64,000 nucleotides of DNA from an uncultured Bacteroidales bacterium. GTDB taxonomy: Bacteria; Bacteroidota; Bacteroidia; Bacteroidales; CHK158-818. This document shows positions 28,893 through 39,800 of this stretch, one piece after another. Positions within the stretch are counted from its first letter, which is position 1; every line of letters begins with the position of its first letter. The notes beneath the pieces were generated by a model, which was given only the letters and a program-made list of their open reading frames with translations, did no database searches and was not told the origin of the DNA. The translations under genes and the position numbers were made by a program. The DNA lies in the NCBI GenBank assembly GCA_949300615.1, contig CASGEW010000001.1:8375-72374 (forward strand), read 5' to 3'.

Positions 28893-29990
28893 TCATGATT
28901 CCATCCTGACCTTAAACCGTTTTACGCTCACCACGGTCAACAGGAGAAACATCGCGGCAAGAACGACAATATCCCAGGTTATCGCTCCGGCACCCAACCC
29001 CTTGATCATAACATCCCGTACTGCCGAGATGTACCATTTGGCCGGGACCACGTTTGACAACCATTGCAATACGACGGGCATATTTTCAATCGGGAATACC
29101 ATCCCGCTCAACAACACAACCGGCAACATCAACATGATAGCGCTGGTCAGCATCGCAGCCTGCTGCGTATCGGTTATCGTCGAAATCAACAGCCCTAACG
29201 CCAGGGAGACCAGCGAATAGAGAACCGATAGGGATATCAACAGTACAACGCTGCCGTTGATGGGCACTTGCAACAGAAAATGGGAAAGCAACAGGATGGT
29301 GACCACGTTGATAAAACTCAGCAACAGATAGGGTACCATCTTGGCAATCACGATGAAGAAGGGTTTCATCGGCGATACCAGCAATACCTCCATCGTTCCG
29401 ATCTCTTTCTCCCGGACAATGCTGACGGAGGTCATTAAGGCGCAAATCAACAGCAAAATCAGGCCCATCACACCGGGAACGAAATTATAGGCTCCCTTCA
29501 TCAACGGATTATACAACAGATGAACAACGGGGACAATGCCGGAAGCCGATATATGCAAGAGCTGGGCATCCTGCAACTCCGACCGGATTACCGAAGCGGC
29601 ATATACAGCCAACTGCTGTGCTTCGTTGGGGTCTGTGGCATCGGTTTGTATCTGGATACTTTCTTCCGGGGTACCGGTATATTGGGCAGGGAAAACTACC
29701 ACCAATTTAATCTTGCCCTTCCGGAACAGGTCGTGAGCCTCTTGTTGGCTGCCTACCATTTTATACAGCGAGAAATAGTCGTTTGCGCCCAACCGTTCGG
29801 TAATACGTCGGGTCAAGGGGGTCTGCGCCTGGTCGAAAACAGCGATATCTACTTGCTGAATCTCCGTCGTGATGGCATACCCGAACAGGATAATCAACAG
29901 CACGGGCATAAACAACAAAATCATCATCGTCCGTTTGTCCCGGAAAATGTGGTAAAACTCTTTGCGTACAAACGATAAAAGCTGCGTCAT
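28893..29990 (-). CDS. ABC-2 transporter permease (YbhS-like)
   Basis: KEFYHIFRD, IVREKEIGTME and LSGMVFPIENMP motifs. Confidence 0.9.
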   Translation of the reverse strand: MTQLLSFVRKEFYHIFRDKRTMMILLFMPVLLIILFGYAITTEIQQVDIAVFDQAQTPLTRRITERLGANDYFSLYKMVGSQQEAHDLFRKGKIKLVVVFPAQYTGTPEESIQIQTDATDPNEAQQLAVYAASVIRSELQDAQLLHISASGIVPVVHLLYNPLMKGAYNFVPGVMGLILLLICALMTSVSIVREKEIGTMEVLLVSPMKPFFIVIAKMVPYLLLSFINVVTILLLSHFLLQVPINGSVVLLISLSVLYSLVSLALGLLISTITDTQQAAMLTSAIMLMLPVVLLSGMVFPIENMPVVLQWLSNVVPAKWYISAVRDVMIKGLGAGAITWDIVVLAAMFLLLTVVSVKRFKVRMES

Positions 29991-29993
29991 ATA

Positions 29994-30728
29994 TCAATCT
30001 CCTCTTTTAGCCTGACGGGCCAACGCGTAAAAAACATCTCCCATGGAATCGGTTTGAAAAGCCGATTTCAGATTTGAAGGGGTATCCAACGCCTCTATCC
30101 TTCCATCGACCATGATGGACACCCGGTTGCAATATTCTGCCTCATCCATATAATGGGTAGTTACAAAAACGGTTATGCCTTTGCGGGAAGCATCGTAAAT
30201 CAACTCCCAGAAACGACGCCGGGTTACGGGATCGACCCCTCCGGTAGGTTCATCCAGAAAGACGATTTTCGGATCATGGAGGATGGCCACCGAGAAGGCC
30301 AATTTCTGTTTCCAACCCAAAGGCAGGGAACCGACAAAGACATTCCGTTTATCTTCCAGATCCAATACGGCCAACAGCTCCTGGGTCTTATCCTTTATTT
30401 GCCGGTTGGACAAACCGTATATACCTCCGAAAAGACGGATGTTTTCCCACACCTTCAAGTCGTCGTAAAGCGAAAACTTCTGGCTCATGTATCCGATATG
30501 CCGTTTTATCTTTTCCGCTTCCCGATAAACGTCGTATCCAGCCACGCTGGCTTGGCCGCAGGTGGGAGTGGATAACCCACAGAGCATCCGCATGGCCGTG
30601 GTCTTCCCGGCTCCGTTGGCTCCCAGGAAACCGAAAATCTCTCCGCTCCTTACCTCAAAGCTGATGCGATCTACCGCCGTAAAAGCGCCGAAACGCTTGG
30701 TCAATCCTTTTGCCTCTATTACATTCAT
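29994..30728 (-). CDS. ABC transporter ATP-binding protein
   Basis: Walker A GANGAGKT, degenerate signature LPLGWKQ and Walker B FLDEPT. Confidence 0.93.
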   Translation of the reverse strand: MNVIEAKGLTKRFGAFTAVDRISFEVRSGEIFGFLGANGAGKTTAMRMLCGLSTPTCGQASVAGYDVYREAEKIKRHIGYMSQKFSLYDDLKVWENIRLFGGIYGLSNRQIKDKTQELLAVLDLEDKRNVFVGSLPLGWKQKLAFSVAILHDPKIVFLDEPTGGVDPVTRRRFWELIYDASRKGITVFVTTHYMDEAEYCNRVSIMVDGRIEALDTPSNLKSAFQTDSMGDVFYALARQAKRGD

Positions 30729-31639
30729 TTTACATGATCTCCCAATAACGCCATAAAACTGTCTTCTATACCGGGAAGAGCCGTATCGACCTCTATGTCT
30801 ATGTGTCCCTTCGCTCGCAGATAATCGTACAAAATACCCTTTTCTACCTCCTGCTTCAATGCCAGGTGATGGGTATCACCAAATGCGTAACAAGAGTATG
30901 CCAACGGCCAAGCCCGCAAATCGGCCAACAACCGGTGCATATCGCCGGCTTTTACCTTCCACAACGGTCGGGAAAAAGAGGAAGATATATTTGCCGGGGT
31001 ATCTACCGACAGAAGAGCTCCGTTTTGAATCAACGCGATACGGTCGCAACGGGAGGCCTCATCCATGTACGGGGTAGAAACGAACAGGGTTATCCCCTGC
31101 TTTTTAAGATTCCCCAGCATATTCCAAAGCTCATTTCTCGACACGGGGTCAACGCCCGTTGTCGGCTCGTCCAGAAAGAGGACGGAGGGCCGGTGTATCA
31201 ACGCGCAACAAAGCGCCAGCTTTTGCTTCATACCGCCCGACAATTTTCCGGCACGGCGCGTTTTGAACGGCTCTATCTGTACGTAAATATCTTTTATCAG
31301 ATCGTAATTTTCGGCCACCGTGGTATGGAATACGGTGGCAAAGAAATTCAGGTTCTCTTCTACCGACAAATCCTGATAAAGGGAGAACCGGCCGGGCATA
31401 TAGCCAATCAGGTTGCGGATGGTTTTGTAATCGCGTACCGTATCATACCCGCACACCGAGGCGGTTCCCGCATCGGGGATGAGCAAGGTGGTCAGGATGC
31501 GAAAGATGGTGGTCTTCCCCGCCCCGTCCGGACCGATCAACCCAAAAAGTTCGCCGGGAGAGACCGAAAGATCAACCTCCTTGACCGCCTCTACCGGGCC
31601 GTAACTTTTCCGAATATGTGTCAGGCGTATGTCGTTCAT
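30725..31639 (-). CDS. ABC transporter ATP-binding protein
   Basis: GPDGAGKT, LSGGMKQ and FLDEPT motifs. 4-nt overlaps with both neighbours. Confidence 0.93.
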   Translation of the reverse strand: MNDIRLTHIRKSYGPVEAVKEVDLSVSPGELFGLIGPDGAGKTTIFRILTTLLIPDAGTASVCGYDTVRDYKTIRNLIGYMPGRFSLYQDLSVEENLNFFATVFHTTVAENYDLIKDIYVQIEPFKTRRAGKLSGGMKQKLALCCALIHRPSVLFLDEPTTGVDPVSRNELWNMLGNLKKQGITLFVSTPYMDEASRCDRIALIQNGALLSVDTPANISSSFSRPLWKVKAGDMHRLLADLRAWPLAYSCYAFGDTHHLALKQEVEKGILYDYLRAKGHIDIEVDTALPGIEDSFMALLGDHVK

Positions 31640-32544
31640 TGCTCTTCGGTTGAAAAACTGGTTTCGCCATATTGACCTATTTTCAAATATCCATCGTTCT
31701 GGACGGCTATCTTGACGGCATACACCGAATTGGCCCGTTCGTCGCGCGTCTGAATTCCCTTGGGGGTAAACTCTGCCTTGTCTGAAATCCAGGAGACGAT
31801 ACCGGGATATTCACGTTGCCCGTCCTCCTGGTAATCGGCATATACCTTTACCGGTTGTCCCAGCTTCAACTGCGACAGTTGCGATGCCGTAATATAGGCC
31901 CGAAGGTACAACACGCTGATGTCGGCCATCGAAAAGAGCGGTTTTCCGGGAGCGGTAACCTCGCCGGCCTGGGCGTATTTGACCAACACAACCCCCGACT
32001 GCGGGGCCACAATGCGGCTTTTAGACAACTGGTCGTCTATCTGCATCACCTGGTATTGAAGATTCTCGACCTCGGCCGTTGCCCCTTCATCGGTTTTATT
32101 CAACGTCGAACGCTGGGCAGACAACTCTTTCTCCAATACGGCAATCTGATGGGCCCAATCATCCACCTGCTTCTGATTGCCCGCACCGGCCTTTACCAGA
32201 TTCTCCATACGGCGCAGCTCTGTCCGGGCAACGGCAATCTGTTGCTCGATGACAGCAATCTGTTTGCGGATATCCGGACGACGAATATCGACCGAACGCA
32301 GACCGGCCAACAATTGTCGCTTTTTCAAATAGAGCTGCGTACTGTCTATATATCCATAGACCTGACCTGCGGTGAGGTGGTCGCCCTCCTCCAAATCCAA
32401 TACCTGAATTTTTCCTTGCGATTCGGAAGAGACCAAGACCTCCGTCGCCTCAAAGACTCCGGCCGCATCTTTTTGAAGACCTTTGTCCGCGCAGGACAAA
32501 AACGATACGGCCACAAACAACCCAAAACAAAATCCGATTCTCAT
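31636..32544 (-). CDS. HlyD family periplasmic adaptor
   Basis: Lipobox, GVFEATEV, coiled coil and ISDKAEFTPK. Confidence 0.9.
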   Translation of the reverse strand: MRIGFCFGLFVAVSFLSCADKGLQKDAAGVFEATEVLVSSESQGKIQVLDLEEGDHLTAGQVYGYIDSTQLYLKKRQLLAGLRSVDIRRPDIRKQIAVIEQQIAVARTELRRMENLVKAGAGNQKQVDDWAHQIAVLEKELSAQRSTLNKTDEGATAEVENLQYQVMQIDDQLSKSRIVAPQSGVVLVKYAQAGEVTAPGKPLFSMADISVLYLRAYITASQLSQLKLGQPVKVYADYQEDGQREYPGIVSWISDKAEFTPKGIQTRDERANSVYAVKIAVQNDGYLKIGQYGETSFSTEEQ

Positions 32545-32548
32545 TGTA

Positions 32549-33826
32549 TCAATTATTGGTTATATACATATAGTTATAAATAGCCATCTGTTGTTGTACG
32601 CGATGAACGACGGCCTCTTGCCGGGAGATATTTTCGGCATTTATCTCCCGTACCACATCGGAGGCGGATGCTACCCCCTCGGCATACCGGGTTTCTGTCG
32701 CCTTTTTTATATTCGTCCGCAAACGGACAATCTCGTCATCGGCTTTCATCAACCCGGTCAGTTTACGTATCTGCTCGTCTTCCTGAATCTGTTGCAAACG
32801 GGTATTAAACAGGAATGTCTCCCGCTCAATGTCCAACTGTTTCAAATCGTTGTCTATCAACCTCCGGCTGTTTTTTATCGTATAGAAATTTCCGATGTTC
32901 CAGGACAACCGTACGCCGGCTACATAAAACCCTTTAAAGTCGTTGTCCAACATATTCAATCCAGGACGTCCGTAACCACCTTGCAGAAAAGCACTGACAG
33001 AAGGGCGTATGCCTACGTCCAACATCTCACCCCGGAGAGACAACGCTCTCTCCCGTGCCGATATGGCCTGTAATTCGGGCCGATTGATCTCTTGCGAAAG
33101 CGATGTCGGCACGGGTGGTTCTTCCATTTCTGCCTGCTTTACCAGAGTGTTTCCGGTAAGGGCTTCCAGCATATTCAGATAGGCCATGCGCACGGCTTTC
33201 AACTCGATCTCTTTTTGCCGGGCATTCAACAAGGAGACCTCCAACTCCTCCTTATCAGACACATTGGCCATACCGTTAGCCATCATCGCCTCTACCCGGT
33301 CTATGTTGATCTGCAACTCTTGCTGCAACAAAGCGTTTTGTGCAATCAGCTCCTTATACAATAGGCAACCGAAATAGAGATTATTGACCCGTTCGCGCAA
33401 CGTATATAATTGACTCTCCAACTCTTTTCTATCGGCGTCGGCACGGACAGCGGCCTGCTCCTTGGACAAACGCACCTGCCCTCCATCCCAGATGGATTGG
33501 TTGATTTCTGCGGCTACTTTGTATTGGTCCTTACTCATTTCCGGTATTTCCAACCCCGGGACAAGCGCAGAAAGGTTCTCCAACGGCAACGTCGTAACGT
33601 CGCTTTGGTAAGTGGCACTGGCACTGACCTTCACCTGCGGCAGCCACCCTTTGGCTGCATTGGAAAGCGTATATTGCTCGGTTTGTTCTATCAACCGAAA
33701 ACGTTCAATCTGGGGATAGTTGTCTCGTGCCCATTCGTAACATTGGTCTATCGTAACCCGGTTCTGGGCCGACAACGAGGCTGTACCCAAAAAGAAAAAC
33801 AATCCCATAAAAATTCTCGTTTTCAT
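32549..33826 (-). CDS. TolC family outer membrane efflux protein
   Basis: Signal peptide, ARDNYP, NQSIWDGG and RPEL motifs. Operon context. Confidence 0.88.
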   Translation of the reverse strand: MKTRIFMGLFFFLGTASLSAQNRVTIDQCYEWARDNYPQIERFRLIEQTEQYTLSNAAKGWLPQVKVSASATYQSDVTTLPLENLSALVPGLEIPEMSKDQYKVAAEINQSIWDGGQVRLSKEQAAVRADADRKELESQLYTLRERVNNLYFGCLLYKELIAQNALLQQELQINIDRVEAMMANGMANVSDKEELEVSLLNARQKEIELKAVRMAYLNMLEALTGNTLVKQAEMEEPPVPTSLSQEINRPELQAISARERALSLRGEMLDVGIRPSVSAFLQGGYGRPGLNMLDNDFKGFYVAGVRLSWNIGNFYTIKNSRRLIDNDLKQLDIERETFLFNTRLQQIQEDEQIRKLTGLMKADDEIVRLRTNIKKATETRYAEGVASASDVVREINAENISRQEAVVHRVQQQMAIYNYMYITNN

Positions 33827-33832
33827 CTTATG

Positions 33833-34468
33833 CTACTTTTGTGGATGGAGAAAGGATTTCATAATCTCTACAATGTATCTCTTTCGCTCCTGAGTAAATC
33901 GGTCGAATGCCTCTTTGTTCCCTTTTAAAAAAAGATCTGTCAGGGGGGTCTCTGCCAAAAACGGGAAGATAGCCAACCCCAGAAAGGTAGATACTACAAA
34001 AATAATAGGTATCTTGCGAATTCTGCCCTCTTTCATGTTTGTCTCTACCAACTCCTGCAATTTCAACACGGGTTTTATTTTTTGCGGATTTTTGAGAAGT
34101 ACCCGGTACAGATGATCCGGATCTCTGTTCAACTCGCCAATGATAAATGCAGGAAATCCCGGGAACGTTTTTATCGTATCGATGTACAAACTCACAATCT
34201 TTTCAAGTTTGTCCCAAAACGAACCCTCTTCTTCTATAATGGACCCGATATTGGGCAAGAGATAGTTCATCAACTGTTCAAAGACCGATTCAAACAACCG
34301 CTCTTTGGTTCGGAAATAGTAATTCAACGTCGTACGGCCAATACCTGCTTCTATCGCAATATCACCCATCGATGTAGCAACATACCCTTTTTCTACAAAG
34401 ACACGCCGGGCAGCATCTATGATGCTGTTTTCCATCTCTGTCATCGTTTGCTTATCGTCCATGGTCAT
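33833..34468 (-). CDS. TetR/AcrR family regulator
   Basis: IIDAARRVFVEKGY..SMGDIAIEAGIGRTTLNYYFRTKERLF. Confidence 0.93.
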   Translation of the reverse strand: MTMDDKQTMTEMENSIIDAARRVFVEKGYVATSMGDIAIEAGIGRTTLNYYFRTKERLFESVFEQLMNYLLPNIGSIIEEEGSFWDKLEKIVSLYIDTIKTFPGFPAFIIGELNRDPDHLYRVLLKNPQKIKPVLKLQELVETNMKEGRIRKIPIIFVVSTFLGLAIFPFLAETPLTDLFLKGNKEAFDRFTQERKRYIVEIMKSFLHPQK

Positions 34469-34481
34469 AAATTCTTTTTTA

Positions 34482-34520
34482 ATCTGTCATATATGTCTGA
34501 CAGATATGTCAACAAAGATA
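34482..34520 (-). promoter_or_regulatory. Putative TetR operator(s) next to the -7 promoter of the efflux operon
   Basis: ATCTGTCA-N8-TGACAGAT (34482-34505), overlapping TGACA-N4-TGTCA (34498-34511), and minus-strand TATCTTTG at 34520-34513. Confidence 0.65.
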
Positions 34521-34898
34521 TCTATTTATTTCTTATATCATATTTATCCCGTATATATTAAACTTTATTTAACAATAAAAATCCTATAAAGTTGCACAAT
34601 TAAGATAAACAATCGTAATAAATATTGGGGACAAGCAAAGAGTATTATAGTTGTACAGCATTAATTATCAACGCAGTAGATTACCCAACAGAATCTAACC
34701 AGTCCAAAAATACAGACATACAAAACTTTGTTGAATCGGTTTTCTCTTATAAAAATTTCGATACCTTTGACAACCAAAAGAAACAGATATGAATATTTCT
34801 ATTCTTCCTGAATATCTGAACATATATGATGAATCTCTTTCTATCAATCATCTATTTTTATTAAAACCAGATTCTTTCTTAAAAAAATTCGACTGCTT

Positions 34899-36746
34899 AT
34901 GTGTGGAATCGTTGGATATATAGGATACCGCAAAGCCCAGGAAGTTTTGCTGCAAGGCCTTCACCGGCTGGAATACCGCGGATACGACAGTGCCGGGATA
35001 GCCGTGGTCAAAGAGGATGGCACGTTGAACATATACAAAGCCAAAGGGAAAGTTTCCAATCTGGAAACGATCATGGCAGACAAAGAGGTGGAGGGAAGCA
35101 TCGGTATCGGCCATACGCGTTGGGCTACGCACGGAGAGCCGAATGATAAAAATGCTCACCCGCACAGCTCTCAAAGCCAATCGCTGGCTATGGTGCACAA
35201 CGGTACCATCGAGAATTACCATATCCTGAAAAAAGCCCTGATCAAACACGGTTATACCTTCTCGACCGAAACCGACACGGAGGTACTGGTACAATTAATC
35301 GAATACATCAAAGCCACCAATAAATGCAACTTGTTCGACGCCGTTCGCGAAGCGTTGTTGCAGGTGGTAGGGGCATACGCCATAGCAGTGATTGAAAAAG
35401 GGAACCCCGATACGATTATCGTGGCCCGGAAAAGCAGCCCGCTGGTAATCGGCATCGGCGAGAACGAGACCTTCATCGCCTCGGATGCCAGCCCCATTGT
35501 GGGATTTACCGACAAAGTGGTATATCTGAAAGAGAATGAAATGGCTGTTATCAGCCGTAACCGTCCGCTGCAAATATCCTCCATCGCCGACAACCGTCCC
35601 TCCAAACTCGACATCCAAAGACTACGAGTCAGTGTAGAGCAACTCGAAAAGGGGGGATACGACACTTTTATGTTGAAAGAGATTTTTGAACAGCCGGAGA
35701 CGTTGAAAGATTGTATCCGCGGACGCATCGTCGAAGAGGGTAAACGGGTCATCTTGTCCGGAGTGATTGAAAACCGGGAGCGGTTTATCCATGCAAACCG
35801 TATCGTCATTGTGGCCTGCGGTACTTCGTGGCACGCTGCGCTGATAGGCAAACGGGTCATTCAGGAGATGTGCCAGTTGCCGGTAGAGGTGGAATATGCC
35901 TCGGAATTCCGTTACGGAAACCCGTTCATCACCGATCAGGATATAGTAATCGCCATCTCTCAGTCGGGCGAAACGGCCGATACGCTGGCGGCCATACAAC
36001 TAGCTAAAAACAAAGGGGCTTTTGTTTACGGAATTTGCAACGTCGTAGGGGCTTCGATACCCCGTAATACCGATTCGGGAACCTATATCCACGTGGGGCC
36101 GGAAATCGGGGTAGCATCAACCAAAGCCTTTACCGGACAAGTAACCGTACTGACGCTGTTGGCCCTTTGCATGGGTCAAATACGGCAAACCGTCCAACCC
36201 GAAAAGGTAGAAGAAATTGCCCAAGCGTTGTTGAAGATGCCCGATACCATCCGGGAGACTCTTAAATTGAACGACGACATCCGCCGACTGGCCAAGACCT
36301 TTACCTATGCGCACAATTTCCTCTATCTGGGACGGGGATACAACTACCCGACGGCGCTGGAAGGGGCTCTGAAACTGAAAGAGATCTCTTACATCCATGC
36401 CGAGGGATACCCTGCCGCAGAGATGAAACACGGCCCCATCGCGCTGATCGACGCAGAGATGCCATCGGTAATCATCGCCCCGAGCGATTCGCTGTACGAC
36501 AAGATTGTAGGCAACGTTCAACAGATCAAGTCGCGTGGTGGATCGGTAGTGGCCATCGTCAACAGAGGGAATACCGCCATGGCGCAACTGGCCGATTATT
36601 GCCTGAAAATACCGGAAGTACCCGAATGTCTGACCCCAATCGTCATAGCGATACCGTTGCAGCTGCTGGCCTATTACATCGCCATATACAAAGGGCGGGA
36701 TGTAGATCGGCCCCGGAACCTGGCCAAATCCGTTACGGTAGAATAG
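34899..36746 (+). CDS. glmS: Glutamine--fructose-6-phosphate aminotransferase
   Basis: MCGIVG, LEYRGYDSAG, GHTRWATHG, SQSGETADT and PRNLAKSVTVE motifs. Confidence 0.97.
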   Translation: MCGIVGYIGYRKAQEVLLQGLHRLEYRGYDSAGIAVVKEDGTLNIYKAKGKVSNLETIMADKEVEGSIGIGHTRWATHGEPNDKNAHPHSSQSQSLAMVHNGTIENYHILKKALIKHGYTFSTETDTEVLVQLIEYIKATNKCNLFDAVREALLQVVGAYAIAVIEKGNPDTIIVARKSSPLVIGIGENETFIASDASPIVGFTDKVVYLKENEMAVISRNRPLQISSIADNRPSKLDIQRLRVSVEQLEKGGYDTFMLKEIFEQPETLKDCIRGRIVEEGKRVILSGVIENRERFIHANRIVIVACGTSWHAALIGKRVIQEMCQLPVEVEYASEFRYGNPFITDQDIVIAISQSGETADTLAAIQLAKNKGAFVYGICNVVGASIPRNTDSGTYIHVGPEIGVASTKAFTGQVTVLTLLALCMGQIRQTVQPEKVEEIAQALLKMPDTIRETLKLNDDIRRLAKTFTYAHNFLYLGRGYNYPTALEGALKLKEISYIHAEGYPAAEMKHGPIALIDAEMPSVIIAPSDSLYDKIVGNVQQIKSRGGSVVAIVNRGNTAMAQLADYCLKIPEVPECLTPIVIAIPLQLLAYYIAIYKGRDVDRPRNLAKSVTVE

Positions 36747-36780
36747 CCGTTGTCCAATAGACAAATTCTTTTCAACCATA

Positions 36781-36830
36781 AAAAAACGGTTGCAAACGGG
36801 TATCTCTCCCTTGCAACCATTTCTATTTTA
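36781..36830. terminator. Probable bidirectional terminator between glmS and the rhamnose cluster
   Basis: ggttgcaa..ggg-loop-ccc-ttgcaacc stem, with an A tract on the left and T-rich sequence on the right. Confidence 0.6.
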
Positions 36831-36848
36831 CAAATCACTCAACCTCTC

Positions 36849-39800
36849 CTATTTGGAATAGGCAACGGATTCTATGACTACCGGACCGATCAGGCCGGAA
36901 GGCATAAGCGGCGTGTCAGGCGAGAAGGGATTTTGCGGTGCCCACGTAGGACGCTCATCCACCGGTAAACGACTATCGCCGATAAGCCGGTTTACCCAAG
37001 TATTGACAACCTCCACTTCCAACTGATTTTCACCGGCTTTTACAAAGTCGGTAATATCCAGCCGGTACGGTGCCGTCCACAGACCGCCCACATACGTCCC
37101 GTTTACCTTGACTTTGGCCATAACCCCTACTCGATTCAAATTGACGTACAATGTCTCTTGTTCAGGCAAGTTGTTCAGTGTAAAAGTATTGGTATAGAGG
37201 GCTGTCCCGGAATAATATTTAATATTTTCATTCTCAACTGTAGCCCAGTCTTTCAACACATCGAATGTTACAGCGGTTTCTCCCCGCATCTGGGGATCAA
37301 ACGAGACGGCCCAGTTGTTGTTTACTTCTGCCAAAACGGTAGGCGAGGGGAAGTTATCTTCCGGGGCGGAAAGCGAAGATTTGTCCGCGGCGTTCCGAAA
37401 GACGACAAACGCACTTTCAAGAGGTTCCAGTTTCAATGGGACAATGGTTGTATTTTTCTTCTGGACATAAGCCGGAAGGTTACGCACCTCACCCGTGGCG
37501 GGTTGCCACCACTCGGGCTGTTTGCCGGATACCCGGAACTCGGGGTTGAACGTAATCGTTTGGTCCGACTGGTTGGTCAGAAAATAAATATCCATACCAT
37601 TCAGGGTACGGTGCCCGTACAGAACGGGGTCCTTATCGCCTACCTTACAATCGGGGATACATTGAATCATATCGAACACCTCCTGCATGGTATAGCCGTT
37701 CAAAACCATACCCTTTCCAAAGCTGTTTTTCCCCTTGGCAGATTTGGCTTCTCCCCACAACTCGTCAGCCATCCGGCAGACCTGTTGGTCGGCTTCGGGA
37801 TAATTTTGCAGGCTGGGTGAACGATTGGGTGCCGGCCCCAAAACGATTGCTCCCTCAGCAACCAACTCTTTGATTTTCGACAACAGCTCGGGACGCATCG
37901 TCTCCTGTTTGGGCAATACCAATACCCGATACTGCGTTCCGTGCGGCAAGGTGAGCATCCCGTCTTTTACGGTCATATCACGCATTATCACCTCGGCGTT
38001 GATATAGTCGAACTGATAACCCAATGGTAAGGCGGGGTCTGTTACACCGGTCATTTTCGGAGCATCTTCGCCGATAAAGTAGGCTACGTCGGCCACATTC
38101 AACCCCTGTTGCAGCATAAAATTACAACGTTTCAGGTACAACGTAAAGAGGTCGAGCTGGGAAAACCAGGTGTTATTCCGGTTGAATTCGTTGCCGAACC
38201 AAGCGTTCAATCCCGGTTTTTTGCCTTCTGCCGGTTGCGAAATATATACGTGCAAGAGCGTGTTGTTTATCCCCTCGGTGAAGAAGCGGTCTCCCCGCTG
38301 TTTCATCAACGCCGGATAACGGATAAAGGGCGGCCCGCCACAGGTAAACGACTCGGCCGACACCTTGCTCTTCCCATAGATGTGCGCACACGAAGAGGCG
38401 GCTCGGTTTTCGATATTGCCCAAATCGCCTTCGCTCCAAAACTCCCCGGACACTTCGTCGGATTGTCCTCCATATTGGAGAAACTCTCCGGGGAATCCCC
38501 AATGTCCGTAGTTTTCGAGCCAGGTGGTGAATCCATCTTTATGCGCCAATTCGCGCAAAGCGCCGATATGGTCGTAAGCCAACCGGTCGGCCATCATCCG
38601 GCGGACATCCCACAAAAAGCGGTCCGACTGGTCCTGGCTGCCTACCACCACTCCGCTATAAACAGGCAAGAAGGGTTTCGGGTCATATCCGTAGCGCTGC
38701 TGAAAATCTTCAAAGAAATCGTCTCCGAAATTTTGTCCGCCCTTTTCGTAACTGTCAGAGACGATAACCTTCCAGGCTTCTCGGTCTTCTACCGGGATAC
38801 GGCGGCAAAGCTCGCCTACGTATGCATCGTAATGTGCGGCTAAATGTTCGCGGCTCCACTTATCCACTTCCAATCCGATTCCATCTTCAATGGCCGGACC
38901 ATTCATCACCTGGGTGGGCAACATTCCGGTTCGCAATATCACCCATTTCCCTTCAGGTACCTCCCATGTCAAGAGGTCGCCATCCAGTTTATCGGTAATA
39001 TCCATCACCCGGTCTGCCGGCACCACCAACGAGGCATCGCCGGGTTCTTCCTGTACCGGCCACATATAATCCTGCCAATAAGGCAATGGGGTCTGGTGCA
39101 TCTTGGCCAACGATTTCTCGGAATAACGTTCTACCAACGGTACGGCTGACAATTCCAACTCCCGGATACCGCTTCCGGCTGTCGTGTTTTTAAAGACCAG
39201 CCGAAACCGTTTGCCCTCGGTAGGAGGAACGGTTATGGTAACAGGGGCATAGGGGTCGAAACCTACCTCCCGACCGGCATTGGTACGATTGATGACAAAA
39301 CTCTTTAACGGACGATAGTCGCCGTTTTCTCCTACCAGAAGATCGACCGCATTATTGATCGGCGCTTCGGTAGTCTGTATCCGTACACTGCGTAATGTGA
39401 ACGGCTTATGGGGCAGAATATCGATCACCGCATCGCCCGGTCGGGAAAACTGTACGGATGTTTCCAGGTTACCGTCTATCATGCGGGAGGCATTGGAAAT
39501 GGACGGAGCCAAGATACGGGCATTTTGAGTATTCAATACCGGCACATCTATGGCGGGAGCCGGATAGGCCAAGACCTTTACATCCTGAAACGGGCCCTCG
39601 GGCTTAGGTAAAGTAATCGATACTTTTTGCCCTCCCTGCACCTCGGTACGGGTAGTAGCCAAATAACGCATAGCCTGTTCGGGTTTTACCCACGGGCCTC
39701 CGGCCTGGCTCCATCCGGGACAGTTGAACATTCCAATATCAATACCCAACTCCGTAGCCGTCTTCAAGGCCGTATGTACAATGTCGTACCACTCGTCGGT

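Noticed and set aside
29994-31639. Frameshifted single dual-ATPase gene
   Set aside because: Both ORFs have their own start, Walker A/B motifs and a normal 4-nt start/stop overlap, consistent with two genes.
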